Assembly: GCA_017502865.1 (NCBI GenBank)
Contig: JAFVUD010000005.1
Location: 208,007-272,006 of the forward strand
Source: Alphaproteobacteria bacterium
Lineage (GTDB): Bacteria > Pseudomonadota > Alphaproteobacteria > Rs-D84
Reading direction: 5' to 3'
DNA length: 64,000 bases
Shown here in pieces: positions 9,330 to 20,200 of this stretch; positions within the stretch are counted from its first letter, which is position 1, and each line of letters starts with the position of its first letter. A model generated the notes under the pieces. It was not told where the DNA came from. It saw only the letters and a program-made list of their open reading frames with translations, and did not search any database. A program made the translations under genes and the position numbers.

Positions 9330-10862
9330 TTATTGCATGCACCCATATTCACCGCATTCAGATGCTGGAACTTCTTCCACTTCTAATGCAACGCCACCAG
9401 CCGGTTCCAATTCTTCATAGTGAACTTCTTTCACTACACGAACACGACGATTGTCTGCGTTTGGCGTATTATCTGGTGTTGGTACCGCCAAATCTTCTTC
9501 ACCGGCCGACACTGCGACAATCTGGCTGGCCGGGATACCATACTGAATCAGCATTTTCTGGACCGCTTCTGCACGACGACCACCCAATGCATAGTTATAG
9601 TTTTTGGTCCCAGATGTATCTGTATGCCCAACAACTGAAACCTTGATATTCTTGTTTTCCTGGGTTGCAGATGCCAACTGACGGATTAAATCCTGGTATT
9701 CTGGTTTAATTGTTGCCTTGTTAAAGTCAAAGCGAATTTCAAACACTTCTTCCATAACATGCTGTTTTGGTTCCAATGGAATCTGCTGAACCTTAATCAT
9801 TGTTTTTTCGCCCTGGGCGGCCTGAATCTGGTCCAGACGTGCATTAATTGCCGCCAATTCTTCACGCATAGCCATCATCATATTGATAAATTCTTCACGT
9901 GTGACCAATTCTTCATTAATCTGTGGCTGGGCCGGCTGCTGTTGTGCCGCCCCATCTGGCAGAACAACCGCCACCGGACGTGATGTGCAATGAACACTGC
10001 CCGCTGGTTCACAGTCTTCTACATTTGTTGACACAGATTTATTGCCACCATAAATATTCTGGTTGAATATCATCGGCTGAACAGGTTCTGGTTTGATTAA
10101 ATGTTCTGGAACATTAACATTGTTCACAATAATCACACCTTCACGGGTACGATTTGCCCCATTCATCGCCACCATGTTGCGTGTATCTGGATAATACCCA
10201 TTATTTGCATTTTCACGTTCAACCGCCACCATTGTGACTTCTTCGGTTGTGGTTGAAATTGGTGTTGCCATTGGCCCAGACTGTTCAACAACTTTCTTTA
10301 CAATCTTGCCACCGGTGCAATCACGCAACGCAGTCATCGTTTTGAAATATCTGTCACGACATTCCGCCGCAGTCCCCATTTGGCCACTGGCCGCCGCCGA
10401 CAACCAGCAATCAAATTTAGCCTGGGCTTCAGCCGCCAATTCTGGGTTTGCAGTACTGGCATCGTTTTTCAATTGTTCCATCAATTCATTATATGCAGTG
10501 TACAGTTCGAACGCTTCCTGTTCGTTTTCCACCGGCCAGTTATCTAAACTTTCTGGGAATGGCAGTTCACCTGAAAATGCCGCCACCGCTTTATTTGCAA
10601 ACAGTTCACCCATTTCTGCATAGCCACTGGTGCGTGCATTATAAATTGCATACGAACGATAATTCATCGCCAACTGGTTCAAGAAAGAATCTTTGTGTGG
10701 TGCTGCATAAACATCCAACGATTCCACATAATCCACAGTCGGGGTTGCAACCGGCATATATTCCATATCGCCACCATTCGAACGTGCACACGCCCCCAGC
10801 GACACAACGCCCAGCATCATCAGCACACGTGAAACACCCCAGATTGCTTTTGTATTCTTCAT
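9330..10862 (-). CDS. OmpA-family peptidoglycan-binding lipoprotein
   Basis: Lipobox VVSLGAC. C-terminal OmpA_C motif VVGHTDTSGTKNYNYALGGRRAEAVQKMLIQYGIPASQI...NRRVRV. Confidence 0.85.
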   Translation of the reverse strand: MKNTKAIWGVSRVLMMLGVVSLGACARSNGGDMEYMPVATPTVDYVESLDVYAAPHKDSFLNQLAMNYRSYAIYNARTSGYAEMGELFANKAVAAFSGELPFPESLDNWPVENEQEAFELYTAYNELMEQLKNDASTANPELAAEAQAKFDCWLSAAASGQMGTAAECRDRYFKTMTALRDCTGGKIVKKVVEQSGPMATPISTTTEEVTMVAVERENANNGYYPDTRNMVAMNGANRTREGVIIVNNVNVPEHLIKPEPVQPMIFNQNIYGGNKSVSTNVEDCEPAGSVHCTSRPVAVVLPDGAAQQQPAQPQINEELVTREEFINMMMAMREELAAINARLDQIQAAQGEKTMIKVQQIPLEPKQHVMEEVFEIRFDFNKATIKPEYQDLIRQLASATQENKNIKVSVVGHTDTSGTKNYNYALGGRRAEAVQKMLIQYGIPASQIVAVSAGEEDLAVPTPDNTPNADNRRVRVVKEVHYEELEPAGGVALEVEEVPASECGEYGCMQ

Positions 10863-10932
10863 ATCCAGTTTCCTTCGTTTCTAATCCTTTGTATTATATG
10901 CTTTTTCCAAAATTTAGTAAAGCATAAAAACA

Positions 10933-11748
10933 CTACTTATTCATTGTATTTGAAATAAACGCCCCAATCGACGACAGACCACCCATCGCACCGCCACCAC
11001 TGTTCACAACCCCACTGACCGTACCCATGATATCAGACGTGCTGGTTTTCTGGCCTAAATTACCGATTGTTTCGACCAAATAATTACCCCACAGCGTTCT
11101 TTTAGCCTGGCTTAACTTCGCCGTTGAACACTTTTCAATTTTTGCAATCAATTTACCGGCCATTGTGGCTTCGGTTGGCGTATAGTCATCTTCGGTAAAA
11201 TCAACCAGGTTAAAGATTTCATAAATATCAGACATTGTCTTTTGATTTTTACCACACGTTGCCGACCCATCGTCACAATATGTTGCCTTGCCCACCTTGG
11301 GGAAGTTTTCCCATACCATACCTTCGTTACCTGCCCCACGGAACGTGTCATAGCAAATTTCCATACCGTCAACACTGGTTGCGATACGCACAGATGCCTG
11401 ATACCCACCGGTACCCGACGCATTATCACATGGCTTACGCTTTAACAGTGCTTGCACTTCCTGGGCGGTGGCGGCACCCGTCTTGGCCCATTCTTTAACG
11501 ATATTATCCACGAAAGTAATTTCTGAACTGGTTGGCAAACATTCCGCCGTCAACGCATTTGTTTTTGCCGTTAATTCTTTGACCCCACTGACAATTGCCA
11601 TAACTGTACCACCCAAACTGGCGGCATCGTCCATCACAGTTGCCTGTTGCGTTGCGACCGGTGCAGCCTTTTTAATAGCAACCGCACCCATGACCGTCTG
11701 GACGTTCATGCACAACAAAGCACTAAAAAATATCAGGGTTTTCTTCAT
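10933..11748 (-). CDS. secreted hypothetical protein
   Basis: The track ORF (to 12018) is over-extended. ATG 11748 with an AAGAGAG SD gives the signal peptide MKKTLIFFSALLCMNVQTVMGA. No family recognised. Confidence 0.6.
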   Translation of the reverse strand: MKKTLIFFSALLCMNVQTVMGAVAIKKAAPVATQQATVMDDAASLGGTVMAIVSGVKELTAKTNALTAECLPTSSEITFVDNIVKEWAKTGAATAQEVQALLKRKPCDNASGTGGYQASVRIATSVDGMEICYDTFRGAGNEGMVWENFPKVGKATYCDDGSATCGKNQKTMSDIYEIFNLVDFTEDDYTPTEATMAGKLIAKIEKCSTAKLSQAKRTLWGNYLVETIGNLGQKTSTSDIMGTVSGVVNSGGGAMGGLSSIGAFISNTMNK

Positions 11749-11815
11749 CTCTCTTTGTGCTATTATAACATAAAAACAAAAACAGACAAATATAAAATTG
11801 CTTTTTTGATAACTT

Positions 11816-12313
11816 ATGGTTAAACTAGACACTATGCACAGCAGTAATCGCAATTTTATCATTTTCACAAAACACAGACGCCTGAAACGCCTGTGGCAGT
11901 TTTTCTTTACCGGCTGGGGCCTGGTGATGATTGTCGCCCTGATTGCAGGCACCCTGTTTTCACAACAGTTATTGTGGACACCAATATCTGCAATCAACAT
12001 GACCGATATTGTCAGCAATCAATTCAAAATGTCTGGGGCATCATTTGCCGGCACCGACCAAAATGGCGAACCATTCAAACTGCGCGCCGCCACTGGCCGC
12101 CAAGAATACGACAACCCCGACACAATATTCTTAACAACCGTATCTGGCACCACCACCCGTATCCAGGATGGGAAAAAGGTCATATATGATTTCACCGCCC
12201 GCAACGGCGAATACAATCGCAAAGATAAAAATATCCGCCTGACTGGTGATGTTCGTGTTAATATCAGTACGGGCGACAAAATACTTACAGACGAAATGGT
12301 GATTAAATTATGA
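11816..12313 (+). CDS. lptC: LptC-like membrane-anchored LPS-export protein
   Basis: One N-terminal TM helix (WQFFFTGWGLVMIVALIAGTLF) followed by a beta-rich OstA-like body. The 4-nt ATGA overlap with lptB indicates coupling. Confidence 0.55.
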   Translation: MVKLDTMHSSNRNFIIFTKHRRLKRLWQFFFTGWGLVMIVALIAGTLFSQQLLWTPISAINMTDIVSNQFKMSGASFAGTDQNGEPFKLRAATGRQEYDNPDTIFLTTVSGTTTRIQDGKKVIYDFTARNGEYNRKDKNIRLTGDVRVNISTGDKILTDEMVIKL

Positions 12314-13038
12314 AGCAATCTGTTTTACGCGTTGAACATCTGTCAAAATCATACGGCAAACGTATGGTTATCAAAGACGTATCACTTATCGCACGCCAGG
12401 GCGAATCGGTTGGTCTGTTGGGACCAAACGGTGCAGGCAAAACAACTGCATTCTATTGCATCACGGGCCAGTTATCGGCCACCGGCGGTCAAATCTTCCT
12501 GAATTCCCAGGACATAACCCACCTGCCGTTTTATCAGCGTGCCCGTCTGCACATCGGCTATCTGCCCCAGGAAAACAGTGTTTTCCGTGGCCTGACGGTG
12601 GAACAGAACATTATGGCAATTCTAGAAGTTGTCGAACCAGACCGCAAAAAACGCAAAAAGAAACTGGATGCATTATTGGATGAATTTTCAATTTCATCAC
12701 TGCGTCACAGTCCAGCAACCGCCCTGTCTGGTGGCGAACGCCGTCGTGTTGAAATCGCCCGTGCATTGGCCAACGATCCAAAGTTTATTTTGCTGGACGA
12801 ACCATTTGCCGGTATTGACCCGATTGCCGTTAACGACATTCGTTCATTGGTGTCCCAGTTAAAGAACCGTGGTCTGGGGGTAATTATTACCGACCACAAC
12901 GTTCGTGAAACATTGGGCATTACCGATCGCAGTTATGTTTTGCACGATGGAAAAATTTTGAAACACGGCACCACCGAAGAAATCGTCCAAGACGAAATGG
13001 TTAAAAAAGTATATCTGGGCGAAGATTTCACAATGTAA
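12310..13038 (+). CDS. lptB: LPS export ABC transporter ATP-binding protein
   Basis: Walker A GPNGAGKTT, signature LSGGERRRVEIARAL, Walker B ILLDEPFAGIDP. Typical LptB length and ends. Confidence 0.93.
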   Translation: MKQSVLRVEHLSKSYGKRMVIKDVSLIARQGESVGLLGPNGAGKTTAFYCITGQLSATGGQIFLNSQDITHLPFYQRARLHIGYLPQENSVFRGLTVEQNIMAILEVVEPDRKKRKKKLDALLDEFSISSLRHSPATALSGGERRRVEIARALANDPKFILLDEPFAGIDPIAVNDIRSLVSQLKNRGLGVIITDHNVRETLGITDRSYVLHDGKILKHGTTEEIVQDEMVKKVYLGEDFTM

Positions 13039-13049
13039 AACCAATTTTC

Positions 13050-13076
13050 CCCGCCCCACCTGTGGGCGGGATTTTT
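13050..13076 (+). terminator. intrinsic terminator of lptB
   Basis: CCCGCCC-CACCTGT-GGGCGGG followed by ATTTTT. Confidence 0.7.
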
Positions 13077-13083
13077 CACAATA

Positions 13084-13112
13084 AAAAAAGTTCCCCGCCT
13101 GGGGAACTTTTC
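13084..13112 (-). terminator. intrinsic terminator of tsf
   Basis: Minus strand reads GAAAAGTTCCCC-AGGC-GGGGAACTTTTTTT. Confidence 0.75.
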
Positions 13113-13128
13113 GTAACCACGTACCGAT

Positions 13129-13998
13129 TTAGCCCAACATTTTGGCAACTTCATCTGCCAAATTGTCATCGCGTTTTTCAATACCTTCACCCAATACATA
13201 GTATGCAAAGCCAGACAATTTACCGCCTGCTTCTGCAACAACATCTTTAACTGTCTTGGATGGATCCATAACGAATGGCTGTTCTTCCAGAACAGATTCG
13301 CCATAGTATTTTTTGATACGACCTTCGACCATCTTTTCAACGATGTTTTCTGGTTTGCCGGCTGTTGCACCCGATTCGATGAACACTTTCTTTTCACGTT
13401 CAACCGCAACTGGGTCAACGTCTGCAATTGTCATGAATTCTGGTTTATTTGCCGCAATGTGCATTGCAACCTTGGAACCGATTTCATCGATTTTTGCATC
13501 GTCACCATTAATTGCAACCGCAACACCAATCTGGCCCATACCTGGAACCAACGCATTGTGGATATATGTAAAGATTTTATCACCGTTCACCTTGGCAATA
13601 CGACGCAGTGTCATATTTTCACCAATTGTTGCGATTGTCGCTGCGATATCGTCTTTAACTGCATCCATAGTTGCATCGAAATCACCACCCAATTCCATTG
13701 CTTTGTTTGCAACATCTGCAACCAATTTCTGGAACTTTTCGTTTTTGGCAACAAAGTCTGTTTCTGCGTTCAATTCAACAACACAGCCCATACCATCGCA
13801 TTTTACAACGGTCACCAACCCAGATGCGGCAACACGACCTGCCTTAGAAGCGGCCTTTACAATACCTTTCTGGCGCAACCAATCAGCAGCAGCCTGAACA
13901 TCACCGTCATTTTCCATCAGGGCTTTTTTACAGTCCATCATACCTGCGGCTGTTTTTTCACGCAATTCTTGAATCAATTTTGCTGTAACTTCTGCCAT
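13129..13998 (-). CDS. tsf: elongation factor Ts
   Basis: The true start is MAEVTAKLIQELREKTAAGMMDCKKAL at ATG 13998, with a GGGAGAA SD. The track ORF is over-extended to 14193. Confidence 0.95.
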   Translation of the reverse strand: MAEVTAKLIQELREKTAAGMMDCKKALMENDGDVQAAADWLRQKGIVKAASKAGRVAASGLVTVVKCDGMGCVVELNAETDFVAKNEKFQKLVADVANKAMELGGDFDATMDAVKDDIAATIATIGENMTLRRIAKVNGDKIFTYIHNALVPGMGQIGVAVAINGDDAKIDEIGSKVAMHIAANKPEFMTIADVDPVAVEREKKVFIESGATAGKPENIVEKMVEGRIKKYYGESVLEEQPFVMDPSKTVKDVVAEAGGKLSGFAYYVLGEGIEKRDDNLADEVAKMLG

Positions 13999-14020
13999 TG
14001 TATTTCTCCCATAATTTTTA

Positions 14021-14287
14021 TTATCTGATTTTCGGCCCAAACAATTTAGCCAACCATGACGAAGTATTGTCCACGATATTGCGTACCCGCAATGCCGCTG
14101 CGACATAATCTTTGCACAATGGTCCTGCCTTGCCATTTGGGGTGACTGCAACATAACCTGCAACAGTTTGTGTACCAGGCATCTTGCATTCAAAATATTT
14201 TACATTTCCGATGGTCCCAGCATATGTTGCCATATACTGGTTCCCAACGGACGATTTAATATTGCGTTGTGCTTTGGCTTTCGTCAT
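14021..14287 (-). CDS. hypothetical 88-aa ORF wedged between rpsB and tsf
   Basis: Same strand as its neighbours, 18 nt after the rpsB stop and 22 nt before the tsf start. No recognisable domain, a weak SD, and somewhat atypical codons (AGA, CGG, GGG). Confidence 0.35.
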   Translation of the reverse strand: MTKAKAQRNIKSSVGNQYMATYAGTIGNVKYFECKMPGTQTVAGYVAVTPNGKAGPLCKDYVAAALRVRNIVDNTSSWLAKLFGPKIR

Positions 14288-14305
14288 ATCTACACAACCC
14301 CAATA

Positions 14306-15157
14306 TTATTTGTCTGCCTTTTCAGCTAATTTGCCACGGCGTTCTGCACGTGCTTCGGATGTTTTGGATTTGATTTTAGCTTCTTTTGCTTTTACTTCTT
14401 CTTCCAATTCATCTGCTGCTTCGGCTTTCATATCTGATTCAACCTTTTTACCGGCTGCGCCACCCAGGCGTTTTTCAATACCGGACAAGATTGCATCTAC
14501 GAACAAATCACAGTACAACTGTGTTGCACGTGCGGCGTCGTCATTACCTGGAACTGGGTAATCAACCATTTCTGGATTTGCATTTGTATCGCAAATAGCA
14601 ATTGTTGGAATATCCAGGTTTTTCGCTTCACGTACAGCATTCATTTCACGTGGAACATCAATTACAACCATCGCCTGTGGTGTACCGTGCATATCCATAA
14701 TACCACCAAAGATATCGCGCAATTTGGCAACTTCTTTGGTCATAACGCCAACTTCTTTCTTGGTCAATCCCAATTTTTCAGCGTTTTCAATGTCGGCTTC
14801 CATTTTCTTCAAACGACGGATAGACTGTGAAACTGTTGTCCAGTTTGTCAACATACCACCCAACCAGCGGTTGTTAACATAGTATTGACCGCAACGTTCG
14901 GCTGCATCTTTAACGATGTCTTTGGCCTGGTGTTTTGTTGCAACGAACAATACTTTACCGCCTGCGGCTGCGATTGCTTCCAATGCAACCAAAGAACGGT
15001 GCAACAGTGGTGCAGTCTTGTTCAAATTGATGATGTGAATTTTATCTTTAACGCCATAAACATATGGTGTCATCAGTGGATTCCAGCGACGTGTGTGGTG
15101 ACCAAAATGAACACCAGCTTCCATCAACTGTTTCATTGTAAATGTTGGCAATGCCAT
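14306..15157 (-). CDS. rpsB: 30S ribosomal protein S2
   Basis: MALPTFTMKQLMEAGVHFGHHTRRWNPLM from ATG 15157, with an AAGGA SD. Lys/Glu-rich C-terminal tail. Confidence 0.95.
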   Translation of the reverse strand: MALPTFTMKQLMEAGVHFGHHTRRWNPLMTPYVYGVKDKIHIINLNKTAPLLHRSLVALEAIAAAGGKVLFVATKHQAKDIVKDAAERCGQYYVNNRWLGGMLTNWTTVSQSIRRLKKMEADIENAEKLGLTKKEVGVMTKEVAKLRDIFGGIMDMHGTPQAMVVIDVPREMNAVREAKNLDIPTIAICDTNANPEMVDYPVPGNDDAARATQLYCDLFVDAILSGIEKRLGGAAGKKVESDMKAEAADELEEEVKAKEAKIKSKTSEARAERRGKLAEKADK

Positions 15158-15271
15158 GATTTTATCCTTTTTTCTGTTTTTATCCTCGCCGTCTGTGCAA
15201 CCCAAATCCATACGAATTCAGACAGAAATTTTACAGAACGGCTGTGTTCTTCGCACAATGTGCGTGCCCCG

Positions 15272-15300
15272 ATAATAGACCAAACCACACAAAAAATCAA
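15272..15300 (-). promoter_or_regulatory. sigma70-like promoter of rpsB-tsf (TTGATT, 17 nt spacer, TATTAT)
   Basis: Reverse complement of aatcaa (15295-15300) and ataata (15272-15277). This leaves a leader of about 110 nt. Confidence 0.45.
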
Positions 15301-15345
15301 GTCTTTTTTGAAATTTATCACCAAAATACAAAAAACTAAAATCTG

Positions 15346-15373
15346 TTGACAAATTGCCCGTTTGTATTATATT
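15346..15373 (+). promoter_or_regulatory. sigma70-like promoter of the S8 peptidase gene (TTGACA, 16 nt spacer, TATATT)
   Basis: ttgaca at 15346-15351 and tatatt at 15368-15373. The -10 region TTGTATTATATT is also found at the 41375 promoter. Confidence 0.45.
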
Positions 15374-15379
15374 TACAAT

Positions 15380-17218
15380 GTGTGGGTACATAAATTATTT
15401 TTGTCATTTATTTTAAGCGGTGCCATTGTCTGTGCACCGGTTCATGCTGTATCCATAAACAATAATTGCGAAAACAACGAATTCCGCAAAAACAACCCAG
15501 ATATCTGCCCAGATTTTGGCAAAAAAACATTTTCTTGGGCCACGGCTGGCATCACCACAGGGGCCGCATTGGCAACCATTGGTGCCGGCATCGCATTGTT
15601 CAGTGGTGGGGATTCTGGCGGTTCAAACGCCCCCACCCCAACAACCGCCACTGTGGCAACATATAACACCGTCGGTGCCGATGTCCGCCCCAGCCAAATA
15701 TTATCTATCACCACGACCGAAGATTACACCAAAAACTTTAATCAATACAACGACATACGCTTGGCATATTCTTTGGCCCGTGGATATACCGGAAAAAAAT
15801 CCACCATCGCCGTTCTGGACAGCGGTGCATGGCACGGCAACACCGTGACCAGCATTGCCACCGGCCCAATTGCCCCCGACGCCGTTGTCACCCAGTACAA
15901 AATTACAGACGAAAAACTTAACTTTCTGCCATATGAAAAAATCGGCACAATCATCGACAGCACCAGCGCAAATATATACAACGCCAGTTGGGAAATCACA
16001 AACCGCTATGCCACCCAGGCAAAAACACGCAAGCAATTCGAAGCATACACCCACAAAAACTTTACAGATGCCCTGACCCGTGCAGCGGTTGAACGTGATG
16101 CAATATTTGTATGGGCCGCCGGCAACAGTGGTGCAATTGAATCCAATGCACTGTCTGCTGCACCAATTGCGATTCCCGAACTGAACGGGCACTTTATCAA
16201 CGTTGTCGCATGGGACAGTCAAACCGGTGCCCTGGCTGAATTCAGTAATGCATGTGGCATTACAAAAAATTATTGTATAACTGCACCTGGCACAGACATT
16301 CGTGCCGGCAAATACGCAACTGTTGACGGGACCAGTTTTGCTGCCCCAATCGTATCCGCCGCCGTTGCCACAATTCGTGAAGCATTCCCATACATGAAAT
16401 CAACCCAGATTACAGAATTACTGTTCACAACCGCCCGTGATCTGGGCGAAATCGGCATCGACAGTATTTATGGTCACGGCATGTTGGATTTGGAACGGGC
16501 CACCCGCCCTGTTGGCGCAGAATTGGTTGCCATATCAGACACCATGACCCAACCACTGCAAACTGCACGCATTGCGGCCCCTGTTGGCAACAAAATTAAA
16601 TCTGCCAACCTAACATTCGCATACTTTGACAGTTTTGGGCGTGCATTTACCAAACCATTAAACGAAAATATCCGCACTAAAAACCCAGGACGTGCATTCG
16701 ACCGCCTGAACAAATTCAATCATCAGTCGGTACAAATCGGCAAAACAGAAATTGGTTTTCGCAACACCAACATGTTTGAATCAGACGGCTTTATGCAGTC
16801 AAACAGCCAAACAACCATCGGCTTTGTCGCAACAAACAACACATTCAACATTGGCGACATAGAATTCTTTTACAGATCTGAATTCGGCATTGCATCCCCC
16901 ACCCCATCCCCAGATTCTATAATCCGCTCATATTCGAATGTTTATACAACATCTATTGAAATGGGCACAAAAATAAACGATTGGCGTTTCGCAGTTGCCA
17001 CAAACGACGCAATCATTGACGGCCGCATTAATTTGCACCTGGCATCGGGCCGTGCAAATGATGGCCGCATCTTGTTCCGTGATTATAATATCGACCTGGC
17101 ATCACGCCCTGCATTAGAATACACCGCTTCATATAAAAACGCCACATTTGGATTCATAGACAACCCACATGGCACAGATGAAATCTATGTCATCGCATCT
17201 GGCCGAATTTCATTCTAA
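15380..17218 (+). CDS. subtilisin-like S8 serine peptidase with a C-terminal beta-domain (autotransporter-like); start uncertain
   Basis: Catalytic Asp in TIAVLDSG, His in HGNTVTS, Ser in GTSFAAPIVSAAVA. The C-terminal beta-rich region of about 230 aa ends in ...IASGRISF (terminal aromatic residue). GTG 15380 yields the signal-like sequence WVHKLFLSFILSGAIVCAPVHA. Confidence 0.8.
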   Translation: MWVHKLFLSFILSGAIVCAPVHAVSINNNCENNEFRKNNPDICPDFGKKTFSWATAGITTGAALATIGAGIALFSGGDSGGSNAPTPTTATVATYNTVGADVRPSQILSITTTEDYTKNFNQYNDIRLAYSLARGYTGKKSTIAVLDSGAWHGNTVTSIATGPIAPDAVVTQYKITDEKLNFLPYEKIGTIIDSTSANIYNASWEITNRYATQAKTRKQFEAYTHKNFTDALTRAAVERDAIFVWAAGNSGAIESNALSAAPIAIPELNGHFINVVAWDSQTGALAEFSNACGITKNYCITAPGTDIRAGKYATVDGTSFAAPIVSAAVATIREAFPYMKSTQITELLFTTARDLGEIGIDSIYGHGMLDLERATRPVGAELVAISDTMTQPLQTARIAAPVGNKIKSANLTFAYFDSFGRAFTKPLNENIRTKNPGRAFDRLNKFNHQSVQIGKTEIGFRNTNMFESDGFMQSNSQTTIGFVATNNTFNIGDIEFFYRSEFGIASPTPSPDSIIRSYSNVYTTSIEMGTKINDWRFAVATNDAIIDGRINLHLASGRANDGRILFRDYNIDLASRPALEYTASYKNATFGFIDNPHGTDEIYVIASGRISF

Positions 17219-17294
17219 AAAACATAATAAAAAACTTGCTTTTTCTAAACCCTCATCTAATATATATAAAGACAACGGAAACGGGGGAATCTGA

Positions 17295-20200
17295 ATGCCA
17301 AAACGCACAACAAAACGGGCCAGAAAGTCACACTTTCTGCGTAACGCACTGATTTTACTGGGCATATTTGTGCTGGGCTTTGTCGCATTCTATTCAATTG
17401 GTTCACATCCCAATAAAAATACAACTATTGTAAATTTAACGACCCAGGCCCCAACCCCAATCGAATTTTCCAAACCAGACAATAACGTTTTAATGTCGGC
17501 CAATGGGATTCCAACAATCAACAATAACCGCACATTAACCAAATCTGCCCAATTGGTACTGGATTATGAATGGATTGACGGTCCATACGGCCCATCGTTC
17601 AAGATGGATATCGACGACAAAAATATATCCAATTATGTAAAAATAAAACCTGCCATCCCTGGCAAATGGTCGGTCCGTGGCCACAACACCATCGTATTTA
17701 ATCCAACCGCCCCATGGCCCGCAGATACAAAGTTTTCTGTACATGTTTCACGAAATATTTTTGCAAACGACATTGCACCTGACACACGCCGTGCAACATT
17801 TACCACACCGGCCCCAACCGCCACACTGGCCAGTTTTAACACATATCCCGCCCCCGACACAAAAAAAGCAGTTATTGGGGTCGCTGTTATATCTTTCAAT
17901 TACCCAATCATCACATCTGGATTTGCCGACAGATTAAATGTACGCCTGGACGGCACCAAGACTGATTTTTCTGTTAAATTCGACAAATTCAATCGCACCG
18001 CCATAATCACAACCACGCCAATCACAATAACAGATACGCCACAATCATTACGCATCAAATTAAACCGTACACCAACCGAATTTCCAGACGCATACACACA
18101 AAAAATTACTGGACACACAACAATCGCATCCGCAGATAACTTCTTTAAAATTAATAACATAACCAGCATTATTGCCGACACACCTGATTATAAAACCCAG
18201 CAACTGATTTTAATCGATACAACCGCCCCAATTGCTGCTGACACAGACTGGTCTAAACACATAACCACGTACATATTGCCACAGAAAAAAGACATCAATT
18301 CAGACGCCGATTACCACGATTGGGCGGCCGATGAAATAACCGCCGACGTATTGAAAAAATCTGAAAAGATAACATTAACCCCAACAGATTTTTCGGCCCC
18401 AATCGGCACACACCAATATGCATTGGCATACACATACGGAACCGATGAACGCACCCCACGTTATATTTACGTTGATATTTCACGTGGATTGACATCGGCG
18501 GGCGGCTTTCAAACAACCGCTGGCACAACTGCACTGATGCCGGTCGCATTTCCAAACACATCTGTCCGCATTGTTGGCGATGGGGCCCTGCTGTCTATGT
18601 CAGGGGACAAAAAATTAACATTGGTGGCCCAGGGCGGCGTAAAAACAGTATATGCGAACCTGTACAAAATCAATGCAGACCAAATAAACCACCTGGTATC
18701 CCAGACATACAACCTGTTTGCATCTAATTTAGATTTCAAATCATGGTCATTTGGCACATACGATATGTCGGTTGTATTCCAGAAACGCATTTCATTAACC
18801 CCGACCGATATTTTCACACCAAACTACACATCACTGGACCTGGGGGACTATCTGGACCGCAGCGGCACCGACAAAACAGGAATTTTCATCATCCAAACCG
18901 GAACATCTGAAAACGCCACAGATTTTGCAGACCGTCGCTTGATAATGCTGACCGACCTGGGGATTATTCGCAAAGTTAACAATAATGGCACATCGGCCGT
19001 ATTTGTATCAAACTTTTCAACCGGCACCCCATCTGGCGACACAGAAATCAGTGTTTTGGGTCGCAATGGCAATGCCGTATGGTCTGGCCGAACAGACACA
19101 TCTGGCCACGCCGAAATTCCTGCATTTCCATGGTCTGAATACAAAAACGCACGGGAACCTGTGGCAATTGTAGCCCGCCGTGGAAACGACGTATCTTTCA
19201 TTCCATTCCATGCCGCCTATGCCCAACATATGGACATATCTAAATTTGATACAGACGGTGCATATTCATATTCTAACACCCCATTAAACGCATTTGTATT
19301 TTCAGATCGTGGCATCTATCGCCCTGGCGAAAGCGTTATTATCGGCACAATTGTAAAAAACAAATCATTCAAAACATTGTCTGGTGTACCTGTCCGCCTG
19401 GAAATAGAAGATTCCCGTGGTCACGAATTATTAACAAAAAACATATCATTATCCGCCGATGGCATGTTTGAAACCACATATGAAATCCCCGCATCTGCCA
19501 CATTGGGCGAATACACTGCACGCATATATTCATTAAACGTACGTGAAAAACCACAAGATATGCTGGGCTATACCACATTTCGTGTCCAAGAATTCACACC
19601 CGACACAATGAAAATTTCAGCCCATATCCCAGATACAGAAAACAACGGTTGGATTTTACCAGACAACATAACCGCCAACGTCACCTTACGCAACATGTTC
19701 GGCACACCGGCTGTGAACCGTGAAATTCGTGCAACGGCCACCTTACGCCCAATCAAATACACATTTGATAATTTTGCAAAATATACATTCGGTGACACTA
19801 TATCAAATACCACTATTTCCAACACGGCCGACATTAGCCAACAAACAATCACCATCAAACCAGAAACCGTCATTACAGACGATAATGGCAATGCTGTGAT
19901 TCCTTTAAATTTTGATGGCGACATTCAAAACAACACATATATATTAAACCTGACCGTTAACGGATTCGAAACTGCATCTGGCGATGGCGTTCAAACAACC
20001 ATCACCACCCGTGTATCACCATTTGAATACCTGGTCGGTTATCACCCAGACACCAATCTGGCATACATAAATCGTGATTCCAAACATTCGGTTGATTTAA
20101 TTGCACTGGACAAAAACGCCACCGCAATTGACCTGGCCGATTTACAGATCCAATTGACCCACCGTGAAACAATAACCAGCCTGATAAAAGATTATAATAA

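Noticed and set aside
10933-12018. Over-extended track ORFs: 10933-12018, 13129-14193, 14306-15211, 22876-25359, 25447-27063, 32916-33524, 34054-36852, 38232-39059, 41342-42388, 44208-45350, 51035-52537, 52569-53000, 53375-53716 and 55405-56469.
   Set aside because: The upstream extensions overlap neighbouring genes, tRNAs, promoters or terminators. Internal ATG or TTG starts with an SD and the expected N-termini or signal peptides fit better, so the starts were moved.
12933-13897. ORFs 12933-13427 (minus) and 13313-13897 / 13459-14028 (plus).
   Set aside because: They are antisense to, or out of frame with, lptB and tsf, which are unambiguous.
17283-17291. A 9-nt match (GGGGGAATC) to the 3' end of tRNA-Leu(AAG), as a possible att scar bounding an A2M-pbpC island.
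   Set aside because: It is too short, it coincides with the SD of the A2M gene, and no integrase is present.
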